Source of the DNA: an uncultured Bacteroidales bacterium
GTDB taxonomy: Bacteria > Bacteroidota > Bacteroidia > Bacteroidales > B18-G4
DNA: 64,000 bases
Direction of reading: 5' to 3'
Assembly: GCA_964487735.1 (NCBI GenBank)
Contig: CAZASJ010000002.1
Coordinates: 36,362 to 100,361, forward strand
Part shown: positions 38,297-47,858 of the stretch, in pieces
Layout of the letters: each line of letters opens with the position of its first letter
How positions within the stretch are numbered: the stretch's first letter is position 1
Program-made: the position numbers and the translations under genes
Notes under the pieces: model-generated
Seen by the model: the letters and a program-made list of their open reading frames with translations, nothing else
Told to the model about the DNA's origin: nothing
Database searches by the model: none

Positions 38297-39250
38297 ATGG
38301 GTGTTTTTAAAATATTTTCAAGGGAAAAAAAGGAAAGGCTGGAAGAAGGCCTTGATAAAACCCGTAGCAGCGTATTTAGTAAGATCTCAAAAGCTGTCGT
38401 TGGTAAATCAAAAGTGGATGAAGAAGTTCTTGATAATCTGGAAGAAATATTGGTGACCTCTGATGTTGGTGTTGAAACTACATTAAAGATCATTGAAAGG
38501 ATAGAGGAGAGGGTGGCCCGCGACAAATACCTGGGCACTTCCGAGTTAAATACCATTCTTAAGGAAGAGATCGCACAACTTCTTCAGGAAAATGGTGACT
38601 CCGAACTCCCTGATTTTGAAGCACCGCTGGCGAAGACGCCCTATGTGATCATGGTTGTTGGTGTAAATGGAGTGGGTAAAACCACCACAATAGGAAAACT
38701 TGCTTATCAGTTTAAGAAAGCCGGAAAAAAGGTTATGCTGGGTGCCAGCGATACTTTCCGTGCCGCGGCTGTCGACCAGCTACAGATCTGGGCCAACAGG
38801 GTAGGCGTGCCAATGTCGTCAAAAGGCATGGGAGCGGATCCTGCTGCAGTTGCTTATGAAACCATGCAGGAGGCAGTCGATCAGGGAATTGACATTGTAA
38901 TTATTGATACGGCGGGGAGGCTGCATAACAAAGTGGGCCTGATGAATGAACTGACCAAGATCAAGCGTGTAATGCAAAAAGTAATCCCTGATGCTCCACA
39001 TGATGTATTGCTAATTCTTGATGCATCCACCGGACAGAATGCTATTGAGCAGGCGAAACAATTTACTGCTGCGACTGAAGTTACTTCACTGGCGCTCACG
39101 AAACTCGATGGTACAGCCAAAGGGGGTGTTGCCATTGGGATATCCGACCAGTTCAGGATTCCTGTAAAATATATCGGCATTGGTGAACAAATGGAGGACC
39201 TGCAGGTTTTCAATCGTAACGAATTCGTTGATTCTCTATTTCATTCTTAA
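38297..39250 (+). CDS. ftsY: Signal recognition particle receptor FtsY
   Basis: 317 aa. GTPase motifs GVNGVGKTTT, DTAGR and TKLDG. Confidence 0.95.
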   Translation: MGVFKIFSREKKERLEEGLDKTRSSVFSKISKAVVGKSKVDEEVLDNLEEILVTSDVGVETTLKIIERIEERVARDKYLGTSELNTILKEEIAQLLQENGDSELPDFEAPLAKTPYVIMVVGVNGVGKTTTIGKLAYQFKKAGKKVMLGASDTFRAAAVDQLQIWANRVGVPMSSKGMGADPAAVAYETMQEAVDQGIDIVIIDTAGRLHNKVGLMNELTKIKRVMQKVIPDAPHDVLLILDASTGQNAIEQAKQFTAATEVTSLALTKLDGTAKGGVAIGISDQFRIPVKYIGIGEQMEDLQVFNRNEFVDSLFHS

Positions 39251-39253
39251 AAG

Positions 39254-40537
39254 ATGACTAAAAAGGTCAATATTATCACCCTCGGGTGTTCCAAAAATCT
39301 TGTAGACTCAGAATTCCTGCTTGGGGAACTCAAAGCCGGTGGACTGGAAGTGATGCATGAATCAAACGAACCCGCCGATTATGTGATCATAAATACATGT
39401 GGGTTTATAAGCGATGCGAAGGAAGAATCCATCAATACTATACTGGATTATGCTGAGGCCAAGAAGAATGGTCAACTTGAAAAACTTTTTGTTACTGGTT
39501 GTCTATCACAACGATATGCTTCTCAACTCAGGGATGAGATTCACGAAGTGGATGGCTTTTATGGAACGGAAGATGTCCCCGCCATTTTGCGTGATCTGGG
39601 TTTCGATCCAAAACGTGAACTTGTGGGTGAAAGAATGCTCACAACCCCTTCACATTATGCTTATTTGAAGATATCGGAAGGCTGCGACAGGAATTGCTCC
39701 TTTTGTGCCATTCCGTTCATCAGGGGGATGCATAAATCAAGAACTCCTGAATCGCTGGTAAAGGAAGCTGAACTGCTTGTTTCAAAAGGTGTTAAAGAGT
39801 TGATATTGATTGCCCAGGATCTAACATGGTATGGTATTGACCTGTATAAGGAACAAAAACTTGCCTATTTGCTTGAGCAGCTTGCTGCCGTGAAAGGGCT
39901 TGATTGGATTCGCTTGCATTATGCTTATCCTGCTTCATTTCCTGAGGATGTACTTCAGGTAATGAAAGATCATGATAATATTTGCAATTATCTTGATATT
40001 CCACTGCAACATATCAGCGACCCTATACTGAAATCAATGAAGAGAGGCCTGGGTGGCATTGATACTCGCAAACTGATCAAAAGGATCAGGGAAACGGTTC
40101 CCGGCATCGCCATACGTACCACCATGCTGGTTGGTTATCCGGGCGAAACGGATGAAGATTTTCAGGAATTGCTTGAATTTGTAAAGGAAAGCCGATTTGA
40201 ACGACTGGGAGTTTTCACATATAGTCCCGAAAAAGGCACTTCTTCATATGATCTCCCTGATGATGTTCCTGAAGAAGTGAAACAAGAACGCCTGGAAGAA
40301 CTGCTGGCCCTGCAACAAGATATTTCTCTTGAATTGAATGAAGAGAAGATCGGAAAGGTTTTTAAAGTGTTGATCGATAGCAGAGAAGGTGATTTCATGA
40401 CCGGCAGAACAGAATATGATTCACCGGAGGTGGATAATGAAGTGATCATACGTGATTTGAGCCTTAAAACAGGTGAATACCACAATATTCGAATCAGTTC
40501 AGCCTCTGAATTTGACCTCAGCGGAGAAAAAGTTTGA
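39254..40537 (+). CDS. rimO: Ribosomal protein S12 methylthiotransferase RimO
   Basis: 427 aa. N-terminal MTTase Cys residues (LGCSKN, NTCGF). Radical SAM motif CDRNCSFC. C-terminal TRAM domain. Confidence 0.92.
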   Translation: MTKKVNIITLGCSKNLVDSEFLLGELKAGGLEVMHESNEPADYVIINTCGFISDAKEESINTILDYAEAKKNGQLEKLFVTGCLSQRYASQLRDEIHEVDGFYGTEDVPAILRDLGFDPKRELVGERMLTTPSHYAYLKISEGCDRNCSFCAIPFIRGMHKSRTPESLVKEAELLVSKGVKELILIAQDLTWYGIDLYKEQKLAYLLEQLAAVKGLDWIRLHYAYPASFPEDVLQVMKDHDNICNYLDIPLQHISDPILKSMKRGLGGIDTRKLIKRIRETVPGIAIRTTMLVGYPGETDEDFQELLEFVKESRFERLGVFTYSPEKGTSSYDLPDDVPEEVKQERLEELLALQQDISLELNEEKIGKVFKVLIDSREGDFMTGRTEYDSPEVDNEVIIRDLSLKTGEYHNIRISSASEFDLSGEKV

Positions 40538-40593
40538 TTTAGGCTTGATTTTTCATTCAAGCTTCCTACATTTGTTAGATAAATCCTACAATT

Positions 40594-41403
40594 ATGAAAA
40601 ATATAATTTTATTGTTTCTATTCGCAATGCTGATTTCAGCTACACAACTCAGTGCCCAGGCCACTTATGAGGTCAATGAATCCGGTGACACAGTCAATTT
40701 TACGGATGTAAATGGCTTAAAACAGGGTTACTGGAATGAAATGGATAGAAATATAAGCAGCAAGGGAGCTTATTTAGATGGCGTAAAAGAAGGAACCTGG
40801 ATGTATTATCACCCAAGGGGGTTTATGTCAAAACTTGAGACGTATAAAAATGGAAAGTTGAACGGTATCTATATAGGAATCGATAACAGAGGCTACCTCT
40901 CAAGGGAAGAATTCTATGTCGATGATAAGTTGGAAGGCCTGGCAATCATTTATAAATATGGTGGAAATCCCCAAAGCAAGATTTATTATAAAAAAGGTGT
41001 TAAGCATGGTAAATCGGAGCTGTATTATGAAAATACCAAGCTTCAGGAGTCATCTATTTATTCCAATGGCGAGCGCGATGGGGCAACAGTCTGGTATGAT
41101 ATGACAGGAAAGAAAATAGCTGAGTTTCAGTATAAAAAAGGCGTCTTTGACGGCGTACAGAAAACATACTATGTCAATGACAGCTTGCAGTCGATCGAAT
41201 ATTATGAGAACAATCAAGCAGAAGGTGAATTCTTTGAGTTTCATGAAAATGGGAAGGCTAAAACCACCGGACAGTTCAAGAACGGAAAAAAGATCGGTAC
41301 CTGGAAAGAATACAATGATCTGGGTGTTATAACAAAGGAAACACGTTATAAGGATGGAGAGGTAAAAAGTGAAAAAGTCTACTTCGAAGAGGCGGATCAA
41401 TAA
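40594..41403 (+). CDS. Secreted MORN-variant repeat protein (YwqK-like repeat family)
   Basis: 269 aa with signal peptide MKNIILLFLFAMLISATQLSAQA. Repeated YKNGKLNG / YKKGVKHG / YKKGVFDG units. Confidence 0.7.
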   Translation: MKNIILLFLFAMLISATQLSAQATYEVNESGDTVNFTDVNGLKQGYWNEMDRNISSKGAYLDGVKEGTWMYYHPRGFMSKLETYKNGKLNGIYIGIDNRGYLSREEFYVDDKLEGLAIIYKYGGNPQSKIYYKKGVKHGKSELYYENTKLQESSIYSNGERDGATVWYDMTGKKIAEFQYKKGVFDGVQKTYYVNDSLQSIEYYENNQAEGEFFEFHENGKAKTTGQFKNGKKIGTWKEYNDLGVITKETRYKDGEVKSEKVYFEEADQ

Positions 41404-41863
41404 TCCATTTACATCGATAGAAGGTTATAATTGTTTTGGTTGTTCACCAAACAATCCCTGCGGCCTTCATATGCAGTTTTATGAGGATGGGGAGGAAGTG
41501 GTATCAGAATGGCAACCTGGCCAGCATTTGCAGGGATATGGCAACGTATTGCACGGAGGAATTATCAGCACCATTATGGATGAGATCGCCAGCTGGTATA
41601 TCATGACAAAATTAAAAACGGCAGGCGTCACGTATCAATTGCAAACCAATTTTCTATCACCGTTATACACCAACAAAGGCAAAATTACCCTCCGAGCCTC
41701 ACTCAAAGAGCAGCGCAGGCGTAAGACAGATATTGATGTGAAAGTATTTGATAATGAAGGCCAGCTTTGCGCAGAAGGTGTTGTTGGTTATTTCGTTTTC
41801 CCTGAAAAAATGGCAAAAGAAAAGCTATACTATCCTGACTTTGATAGTTTCTTTGACGAATGA
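41369..41863 (+). CDS. PaaI-family hotdog-fold thioesterase
   Basis: 164 aa. Contains CFGCSPNNPCGLHM and HGGIISTIMDE. The start is uncertain: the GTG at 41369 overlaps the previous gene by 35 nt, and no in-frame ATG lies upstream of the conserved NPF...CFGC region. Confidence 0.75.
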   Translation: MKKSTSKRRINNPFTSIEGYNCFGCSPNNPCGLHMQFYEDGEEVVSEWQPGQHLQGYGNVLHGGIISTIMDEIASWYIMTKLKTAGVTYQLQTNFLSPLYTNKGKITLRASLKEQRRRKTDIDVKVFDNEGQLCAEGVVGYFVFPEKMAKEKLYYPDFDSFFDE

Positions 41864-42991
41864 TCAATATTGCTTTGCAATTTCTTGAATGAGGGCCGAC
41901 CAGTGTACATCTCCCCGTTTACTTCCAAATCTAACAATGATCAGGTTTTTTGATGGATCTAAATAAATATATTGCCCAAGGATTCCCTTGGCAAACACAG
42001 AACCATCATCCATGACACGCCAGAAATAGGTATATGGGTAATTCTCAGAGTCCCTGGAATCATTGTGTATCCCCATTGAATAATGAACAAACTCTTCAGG
42101 GATGATCTGCTTTCCCTTCCAATTGCCATGATTCAGGTAAAGCCGCCCAAACTTGGCGAAATCAATCGCTGTAGCATTTAAACAGCAAAAGGCTTTGACC
42201 ATTCCATTCTTTTTACAATCGTAATTCCATGTGGCTTCGTGCTCCATTCCTAATTGTGACCAGATCTTTTCCTGAAAATAATCAGTGAACTTTTGTCCGG
42301 TTACTTTTTCTATGATCATGGCAAGTATCTGGGTATTGCCACTGTTATAGTAATATTCCGTCCCCGGTTTCTTATTGATTTTTAGCTTGTAAACATATTT
42401 CTCAAGATTGCGTCCATAATAAAACTTTGCGGCGTGGCCGAAGGGATTGTAATAGGTTTCACTAAATTTGATCCCACTACGCATATTCAGTAGGTTTTTA
42501 AGGCTTACCTCATCAAATCCGGGATGCTTGAAATCTGTCAGGAAATCTGTAACAGGCTGATCAACGGATTTAATATATCCTTCGCCTATGGCAACTCCTG
42601 TCAGGGCTGATACAAAGGTTTTTGCAATACTAAACCCTGTCAGCTTCGAATCACGCTCTGAACCATTCAAATACTTCTCATAGAGGAGGCTGTCGTTGCG
42701 GATCACAAGGAAAGCAAAGGTCTTGTTTTCTTTAAGCAACTGGTCAAAGTTCTCATACTTTCCCTTCGAATTATGGTTTATTGGTACCTGAGGGGATTGA
42801 GGGTTGTCGTTTTCAATAAAATTGAATAAAGGTGTTGAATTTGGGATTTTGTAGGCAGGAAACCTGTTCTGGTCTTTTGTATCGGCTGTATTCCAGATTA
42901 CATAGCGTCCGGCATGGCATCCACTTAGAAAGCTCATAGCGGCAAGGATTAAAAAAAAATGTAAAAAGCGTTGCTTTTTCATAAGCGGCAA
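41864..42991 (-). CDS. Serine hydrolase (class C beta-lactamase/esterase family) lipoprotein
   Basis: 375 aa. Lipobox LSGC, an SxxK motif (SIAKTF) and a YYN motif region. Confidence 0.8.
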   Translation of the reverse strand: MPLMKKQRFLHFFLILAAMSFLSGCHAGRYVIWNTADTKDQNRFPAYKIPNSTPLFNFIENDNPQSPQVPINHNSKGKYENFDQLLKENKTFAFLVIRNDSLLYEKYLNGSERDSKLTGFSIAKTFVSALTGVAIGEGYIKSVDQPVTDFLTDFKHPGFDEVSLKNLLNMRSGIKFSETYYNPFGHAAKFYYGRNLEKYVYKLKINKKPGTEYYYNSGNTQILAMIIEKVTGQKFTDYFQEKIWSQLGMEHEATWNYDCKKNGMVKAFCCLNATAIDFAKFGRLYLNHGNWKGKQIIPEEFVHYSMGIHNDSRDSENYPYTYFWRVMDDGSVFAKGILGQYIYLDPSKNLIIVRFGSKRGDVHWSALIQEIAKQY

Positions 42992-43104
42992 ATATAATTA
43001 ATAAACGCTATTAAACTTTTTCCACTTGCAGAAATCAAAAGCAGGATTTTGGGGAGCCTCCTCAGACAGCGGCTCCTGGCAGTCAAAATTCAGATTTAAA
43101 ATGA

Positions 43105-45261
43105 TCAAACTTCCAGGTTGGTCATTTTATCTGTAATTTCAAACTCATAATCATGGTATTGATATATTGGCATAACCTTTTCAGTTTGAGATACTGAATA
43201 GCCATATGTTGATTCATATTCAGAAGCCTCTTCACCCAGGGCTTCCATTTGATGGATATAGGCCATGATGGATTTTGATTCCACAATAGTGACCTTTCCC
43301 ATTTTTTCAATGATAGGGGAGTGCCAACGGGTTTGATCATGTTCAAACAGAAGCACTCTTTTCCCACCAGGGGTAATGCCTATTGTTCTAAATGTAAGGC
43401 TTTTCCCTACACCGGGAAGGTTTAATACATTTCTGTCCAAAGCCAGGAATGGGAGTTTGGCTTTTTCCCTGATCTCAGCCAAAATTTCTTTGCTATGTTC
43501 GGCATGTAAACCTATATTTCTGATCTGTTCAAGGTATTTTGATGGAACTGCTCCATGCACTTTTTCTTGCATTTGTTCCTGCACAGCCCTTTCATTCGGA
43601 GTAAAATTGGCAGAATTCTCCTTAAAGCCTTTTACTGAAAAGGTATAATAGGTAAGGATGCCGAGATCATTTAGTACCTGTCTAAGCTTGTTCGTATGTC
43701 CGCGCTTTGAGGCGCCTACCGTAAATACCAGCTGATTTGTTATGATCCATCCTGATGACTGCAAACGCTCTATTGCCCTGCGAGCTTCCGGTGTTATCTC
43801 CAAGGCAGTCTCAAAGTGTGATTGGATTACAAATTGAGTCATGCCAATTTTCTTGGCTTTCCTCTTAAATTCGCTTAATACAGCAATCAGTTCATGAGAA
43901 ACCCGCATAGGGAGATAGGCCGGCAATCTTGTTCCTAATCTGATGCGCCTCATTTCGGCATATTTTTCACCGTCAGGGCGTTCCTTGTTGTCATTGATTT
44001 TCCTTAATGCCATCCTATAAACAGCATCAAGCACAGATTTCAGGGATTTATCTGAGGCCATCAGAGCATCGCCTCCGGTAATAAGAATATCGCGTAATTG
44101 TGAATCATTCCTGAAATATTCCATGAATTGCTCCAGGCGATCAGGCCAGTTGGACTTGGGCTTTAGGCGATTAAGATCGAAATTTAGGTTGCCACGCTGA
44201 AAATCATACATCCGCTGGCACGATGAACATAGCCCTGCACATGCCCTTCCCATCGTATTGGGAATAAGAATGGCAACTTCAGGATACCTTCTGTGAAGGG
44301 AGTGACTGGAAGGCAGAATCCAACCTGCAGCATTGGGTTCACCAGGCTTTACAATATCTTCTTTTTCCCATGCATGGATCTTTCCAAATTCTTGTACAAG
44401 TTCTTTGCTGTAAAAAATATACTCACGGATGGCTTCGTCTGTCCCCTTTAAATGCATTTCAGGATGTACCATTAAAAGAGATAGATAATAAGGGTTCACA
44501 AATGTGGGAATACCTGCTTCCTTTGCCTTCCTAAGTTGGTTGAATCTCTTTTCTGAAATAGAATTGTCAAGCATTTCCATAAGGACTTCCGGATCCCTGA
44601 TGGCGAAGCGGAGATGGAAGAGTCTGCTTTGCCACCACGTCAGCATAAGAGCGTATTTCTTGTCTTGCGACATGCCGGGTTCAAAAAAGAACTTTGCATC
44701 CCGGATGCGGCCAACATCCATCATCTCAATAAATTTACGGATGATCCTGTCCCTGTTTTCATTGCGGATAGTGACAATTTCCGGATCGAGGCCTGAAGGA
44801 TGCCTGTCAATCCATTCAAGTATCTTTTCTTTGGAGGGAACACTTTTATTGAGCTTGCCTGAGAACTGCCTGAAGAGCATAATATTATCCATGACAAAGT
44901 CAGGCTTGAAATCATAATTTTTAGTTTTTATGGCATTGAAAAGCTGTCCGAAAGGATCAGAAATTACTTGCTTTTTGCTAATATTTGGATCCTCAACTTT
45001 AATGCCTGCATAATCCAGGTAATCGATCATACGAAGGGCAGCAACATCTTTCCATTTCAGTTTCCTGAAGTCTTGCCTGCTTATCTCACCAGACATAATG
45101 CAATTCAACAAATGCGGACGTTCTTTAGCATATGACATAACCCATGCTCTGATCGAATTCTTAAAGATTTCATCAGTTGCACTTTCCTGAATACTTTCCC
45201 TTAGGAACCTGTTTTCGGAGAGTAATAAATTGAGCAAAGCCTGAAGTCTAGTTAATATCAT
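43105..45261 (-). CDS. KamA-family (lysine 2,3-aminomutase-like) radical SAM protein with ~300-aa N-terminal extension
   Basis: 718 aa. Core motifs WWQSRLFHLRF, FVNPYYLSLL, HRRYPEVAIL, CAGLCSSCQR (CxxxCxxC) and DILITGGDAL, plus a candidate PLP Lys in LPGVGKS. Confidence 0.8.
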   Translation of the reverse strand: MILTRLQALLNLLLSENRFLRESIQESATDEIFKNSIRAWVMSYAKERPHLLNCIMSGEISRQDFRKLKWKDVAALRMIDYLDYAGIKVEDPNISKKQVISDPFGQLFNAIKTKNYDFKPDFVMDNIMLFRQFSGKLNKSVPSKEKILEWIDRHPSGLDPEIVTIRNENRDRIIRKFIEMMDVGRIRDAKFFFEPGMSQDKKYALMLTWWQSRLFHLRFAIRDPEVLMEMLDNSISEKRFNQLRKAKEAGIPTFVNPYYLSLLMVHPEMHLKGTDEAIREYIFYSKELVQEFGKIHAWEKEDIVKPGEPNAAGWILPSSHSLHRRYPEVAILIPNTMGRACAGLCSSCQRMYDFQRGNLNFDLNRLKPKSNWPDRLEQFMEYFRNDSQLRDILITGGDALMASDKSLKSVLDAVYRMALRKINDNKERPDGEKYAEMRRIRLGTRLPAYLPMRVSHELIAVLSEFKRKAKKIGMTQFVIQSHFETALEITPEARRAIERLQSSGWIITNQLVFTVGASKRGHTNKLRQVLNDLGILTYYTFSVKGFKENSANFTPNERAVQEQMQEKVHGAVPSKYLEQIRNIGLHAEHSKEILAEIREKAKLPFLALDRNVLNLPGVGKSLTFRTIGITPGGKRVLLFEHDQTRWHSPIIEKMGKVTIVESKSIMAYIHQMEALGEEASEYESTYGYSVSQTEKVMPIYQYHDYEFEITDKMTNLEV

Positions 45262-45565
45262 TTCACAAACATTTGTGTTTTACCTATCAATAGCTAAACA
45301 AAAACCTATGCTGTTTGTTATATCAGAAAGATAGATCAAAACAATCGACTTATGATAGGTAATTGTAAATAAATCAGTCGATTAGAGTTATATTTTTGAT
45401 CGGTAATGCAAAGATAAGCATTTTTTTAAAAGGATAGAAAATGAAGTGCCTTATCTCCATATTAATCCTTAGGCTTATGCAAAAGCGTATGATTTCTGGC
45501 AATCAGACATAAAATAGACCCAGTGAAAACCAATAGCAATAGTACAAACATCAATATTTATTATC

Positions 45566-47194
45566 ATGTTAAGAGGATTTTTTGAGGCTCCAGCAGCCTA
45601 TAACGAAGTAGTAAAAGACTATGCACCCGGAAGTCGTGAAAGGGAAAGCCTTCAGAATACATTAAAAGAAATGAGGGCTGCTCCACGAGACATCCCAATG
45701 ATCATTGGCGGGAAAGAAGTCAGGACTGAGCATAAACTTGATATACATCCTCCTCATGATCATGATCATCTGCTTGGCCATTATTATATGGGAGATGCCT
45801 CTCACGTGAACATGGCAATAGATGCAGCTTTGGCGGCCAGGCAGGGATGGCAGTCATTGTCATGGGAACACCGGGCTTCCATCTTTTTGAAAGCGGCAGA
45901 CCTGATCTCAGGTCCTTATCGGGATAAAATCAATGCCTCCACCATGTTGGGGCAATCGAAGAATGTATATCAGGCTGAGATTGATGCAGCTTGTGAAATG
46001 GCTGACTTTTTTCGTTTCAATGTTCAATTTATGGTACAAATTTACAAAGACCAGCCTGTTTCATCAAAAGGGATATGGAACCGCGTTGAACAACGCCCCC
46101 TTGAAGGTTTCGTATATTCTGTTACACCTTTTAATTTCACTTCTATTGCAGCAAACCTTTCTGCCGCACCTGCTCTCATGGGAAATGTAGTGGTATGGAA
46201 ACCATCCGAAACCCAGATCTATTCGGCTGCTGTTATTATGGACGTTTTTAAAGAAGCCGGATTGCCGGATGGTGTGATCAATATGGTATTGGTTGATGGA
46301 CCGGTAGGCGGAAAAGTGATGTCGACCCATCCTGACTTTGTCGGGGTGCATTTTACAGGATCCACAGAAGTATTCAAAAAAATATGGAAAGCCATTGGTG
46401 ATAATGTGATGTTACACAATACGTATCCCAAGATCGTGGGAGAAACAGGAGGGAAGGATTTTGTAATGGTGCACAAAACCGCAGATCCCATACAGGTAGC
46501 TACTGCCTTGTCGAGGGGAGCTTTCGAATACCAGGGACAAAAATGCTCTGCAGCATCGAGGGCATATATCCCAAAAGGAATGAGGCAGGAAGTTAAGGAA
46601 CGATTGGTAGAAGATGTAAACAGCTTTAAAATGGGAGGCCCGGAAGATTTCGGGAACTTCATCAATGCGGTGATTGATGAAAAAGCCTTTCTGAAGATAA
46701 CTGGCTATATCGACAGGGCAAAAGAACATCCCGACACTGAAATTATAGCAGGTGGGGACTATGACCGTTCAAAAGGCTGGTATATCAGGCCAACTGTGAT
46801 ACTCTCGAAGGATCCGTTGTATGAATCCATGCAGGAAGAGATCTTTGGGCCGGTACTCACCATTTACCTTTATGATGACGAGAAATACGAAGAAACCCTC
46901 CAACTGGTCGATAGTACCTCTCCTTATGCGCTTACAGGAGCTATCTTTGCCAACGATCGCTTTGCAATAGATCTGGCGTTGAGCAAATTGGAAAATGCTG
47001 CCGGAAATTTCTACATCAATGATAAGCCAACAGGTGCCGTTGTCGGACAACAACCGTTCGGAGGTGCAAGGGCATCTGGGACAAATGACAAATCAGGTTC
47101 ATATCTGAACCTTCTTCGCTGGGTTTCTCCACGCACGATCAAGGAAAATTTTAACCCGCCAACAGATTACAGGTATCCATTTCTTGGTGAATAA
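45566..47194 (+). CDS. pruA: L-glutamate gamma-semialdehyde (1-pyrroline-5-carboxylate) dehydrogenase
   Basis: 542 aa aldehyde dehydrogenase. Contains ETGGKDF and the GQKCSAASR catalytic Cys. Length and N-terminus are typical of PruA. Confidence 0.88.
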   Translation: MLRGFFEAPAAYNEVVKDYAPGSRERESLQNTLKEMRAAPRDIPMIIGGKEVRTEHKLDIHPPHDHDHLLGHYYMGDASHVNMAIDAALAARQGWQSLSWEHRASIFLKAADLISGPYRDKINASTMLGQSKNVYQAEIDAACEMADFFRFNVQFMVQIYKDQPVSSKGIWNRVEQRPLEGFVYSVTPFNFTSIAANLSAAPALMGNVVVWKPSETQIYSAAVIMDVFKEAGLPDGVINMVLVDGPVGGKVMSTHPDFVGVHFTGSTEVFKKIWKAIGDNVMLHNTYPKIVGETGGKDFVMVHKTADPIQVATALSRGAFEYQGQKCSAASRAYIPKGMRQEVKERLVEDVNSFKMGGPEDFGNFINAVIDEKAFLKITGYIDRAKEHPDTEIIAGGDYDRSKGWYIRPTVILSKDPLYESMQEEIFGPVLTIYLYDDEKYEETLQLVDSTSPYALTGAIFANDRFAIDLALSKLENAAGNFYINDKPTGAVVGQQPFGGARASGTNDKSGSYLNLLRWVSPRTIKENFNPPTDYRYPFLGE

Positions 47195-47259
47195 AAAATA
47201 TTGAACTTATGAAGTAGTAAGGGATATTGAAGAGGTAAGCTGTATCGGGTAACAAGTAC

Positions 47260-47475
47260 CTATTTTTTAATTACATATTTCTTACGAACCGGCGATTTCT
47301 TAACAAATGAATTCCTGGCGTTCGGGCTTTTATATGCTTTGATTCTTGAAGACTTGTTGTAGGCTACTTTACTGTGGGTATTATAGGCTCTTTGTGAGCA
47401 GGATGCAGAGGTCACCAAGAATAAGCCAACGATAAGAGTAGCAATAACGAAAGAAAGGCTTAATCGAAACTTCAT
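47260..47475 (-). CDS. Small basic putative lipoprotein
   Basis: 71 aa. Signal/lipobox LVTSASC followed by a K/R-rich tail. Weak support. Confidence 0.4.
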   Translation of the reverse strand: MKFRLSLSFVIATLIVGLFLVTSASCSQRAYNTHSKVAYNKSSRIKAYKSPNARNSFVKKSPVRKKYVIKK

Positions 47476-47559
47476 TTTGTAATAATTAGGGTTGGGCCAT
47501 TAAATCTTTGGTAAAATTAACATTTTTTTAATAAACGCTTTAACGGCTCTAAAATTTCC

Positions 47560-47567
47560 TACCTTTG
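47560..47567 (+). promoter_or_regulatory. Candidate -7 box TACCTTTG driving the riboswitch leader
   Basis: Matches TAnnTTTG and ends 5 nt before the P1 helix of the riboswitch. Confidence 0.5.
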
Positions 47568-47571
47568 ACAT

Positions 47572-47762
47572 ATTCAATGGTGTGCAATACTGCCCTGCAG
47601 TAACGCCATAATAGGGAATGGGGTGTAAATCCTCAACAGTTCCCGCTGCTGTGAATCTTAAGCCTTAGGGCAAGCGTTTCGGAAATCCTTAAGCCACTGT
47701 CTGATAGTAATGATGGGAAGGCCTTCCGGAACGGAGATAAGTCAGAAGACCTGCCATTGAAT
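47572..47762 (+). promoter_or_regulatory. Cobalamin (B12) riboswitch
   Basis: The closing helix pairs TTCAATGG (47573-47580) with CCATTGAA (47754-47761). Conserved core: AATAGGGAATGGGGTGTAAATCCTCAACAGTTCCCGCTGCTGTGAA. B12 box GCCACTG at 47693-47699, then GGGAAGGC and AGTCAGAAGACCTGCC. Lies upstream of a TonB-dependent receptor. Confidence 0.9.
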
Positions 47763-47858
47763 GAAAATGAAAGGCTTTCGGGTAAAAGGCTCTTGATAAA
47801 TTTCAACGATTTATTCAAAGTTTTCTCCCTGGAAATAATCCCTTAAAAGGGTTATTTG

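Noticed and set aside
40594-41403. YwqK-like repeat protein as the antitoxin of a toxin-antitoxin pair
   Set aside because: It has a clear Sec signal peptide and consists only of MORN-variant repeats. No toxin-like gene is adjacent; the neighbours are rimO and a thioesterase.
42992-43104. Hairpin GGAGCC...GGCTCC downstream of the KamA-like gene as an intrinsic terminator
   Set aside because: The stem is only 6 bp with a 12-nt loop and no adjacent T-run on the minus strand. This is too weak to call.
45441-45512. 23-codon mini-ORF in the pruA leader as a real small protein gene
   Set aside because: No conservation evidence is available, it is short, and its composition is unremarkable. It is kept only as a note under the intergenic-palindrome finding.
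47633-47818. 61-aa minus-strand ORF
   Set aside because: It lies antisense to the cobalamin riboswitch and its expression platform. The region is explained by the RNA element.
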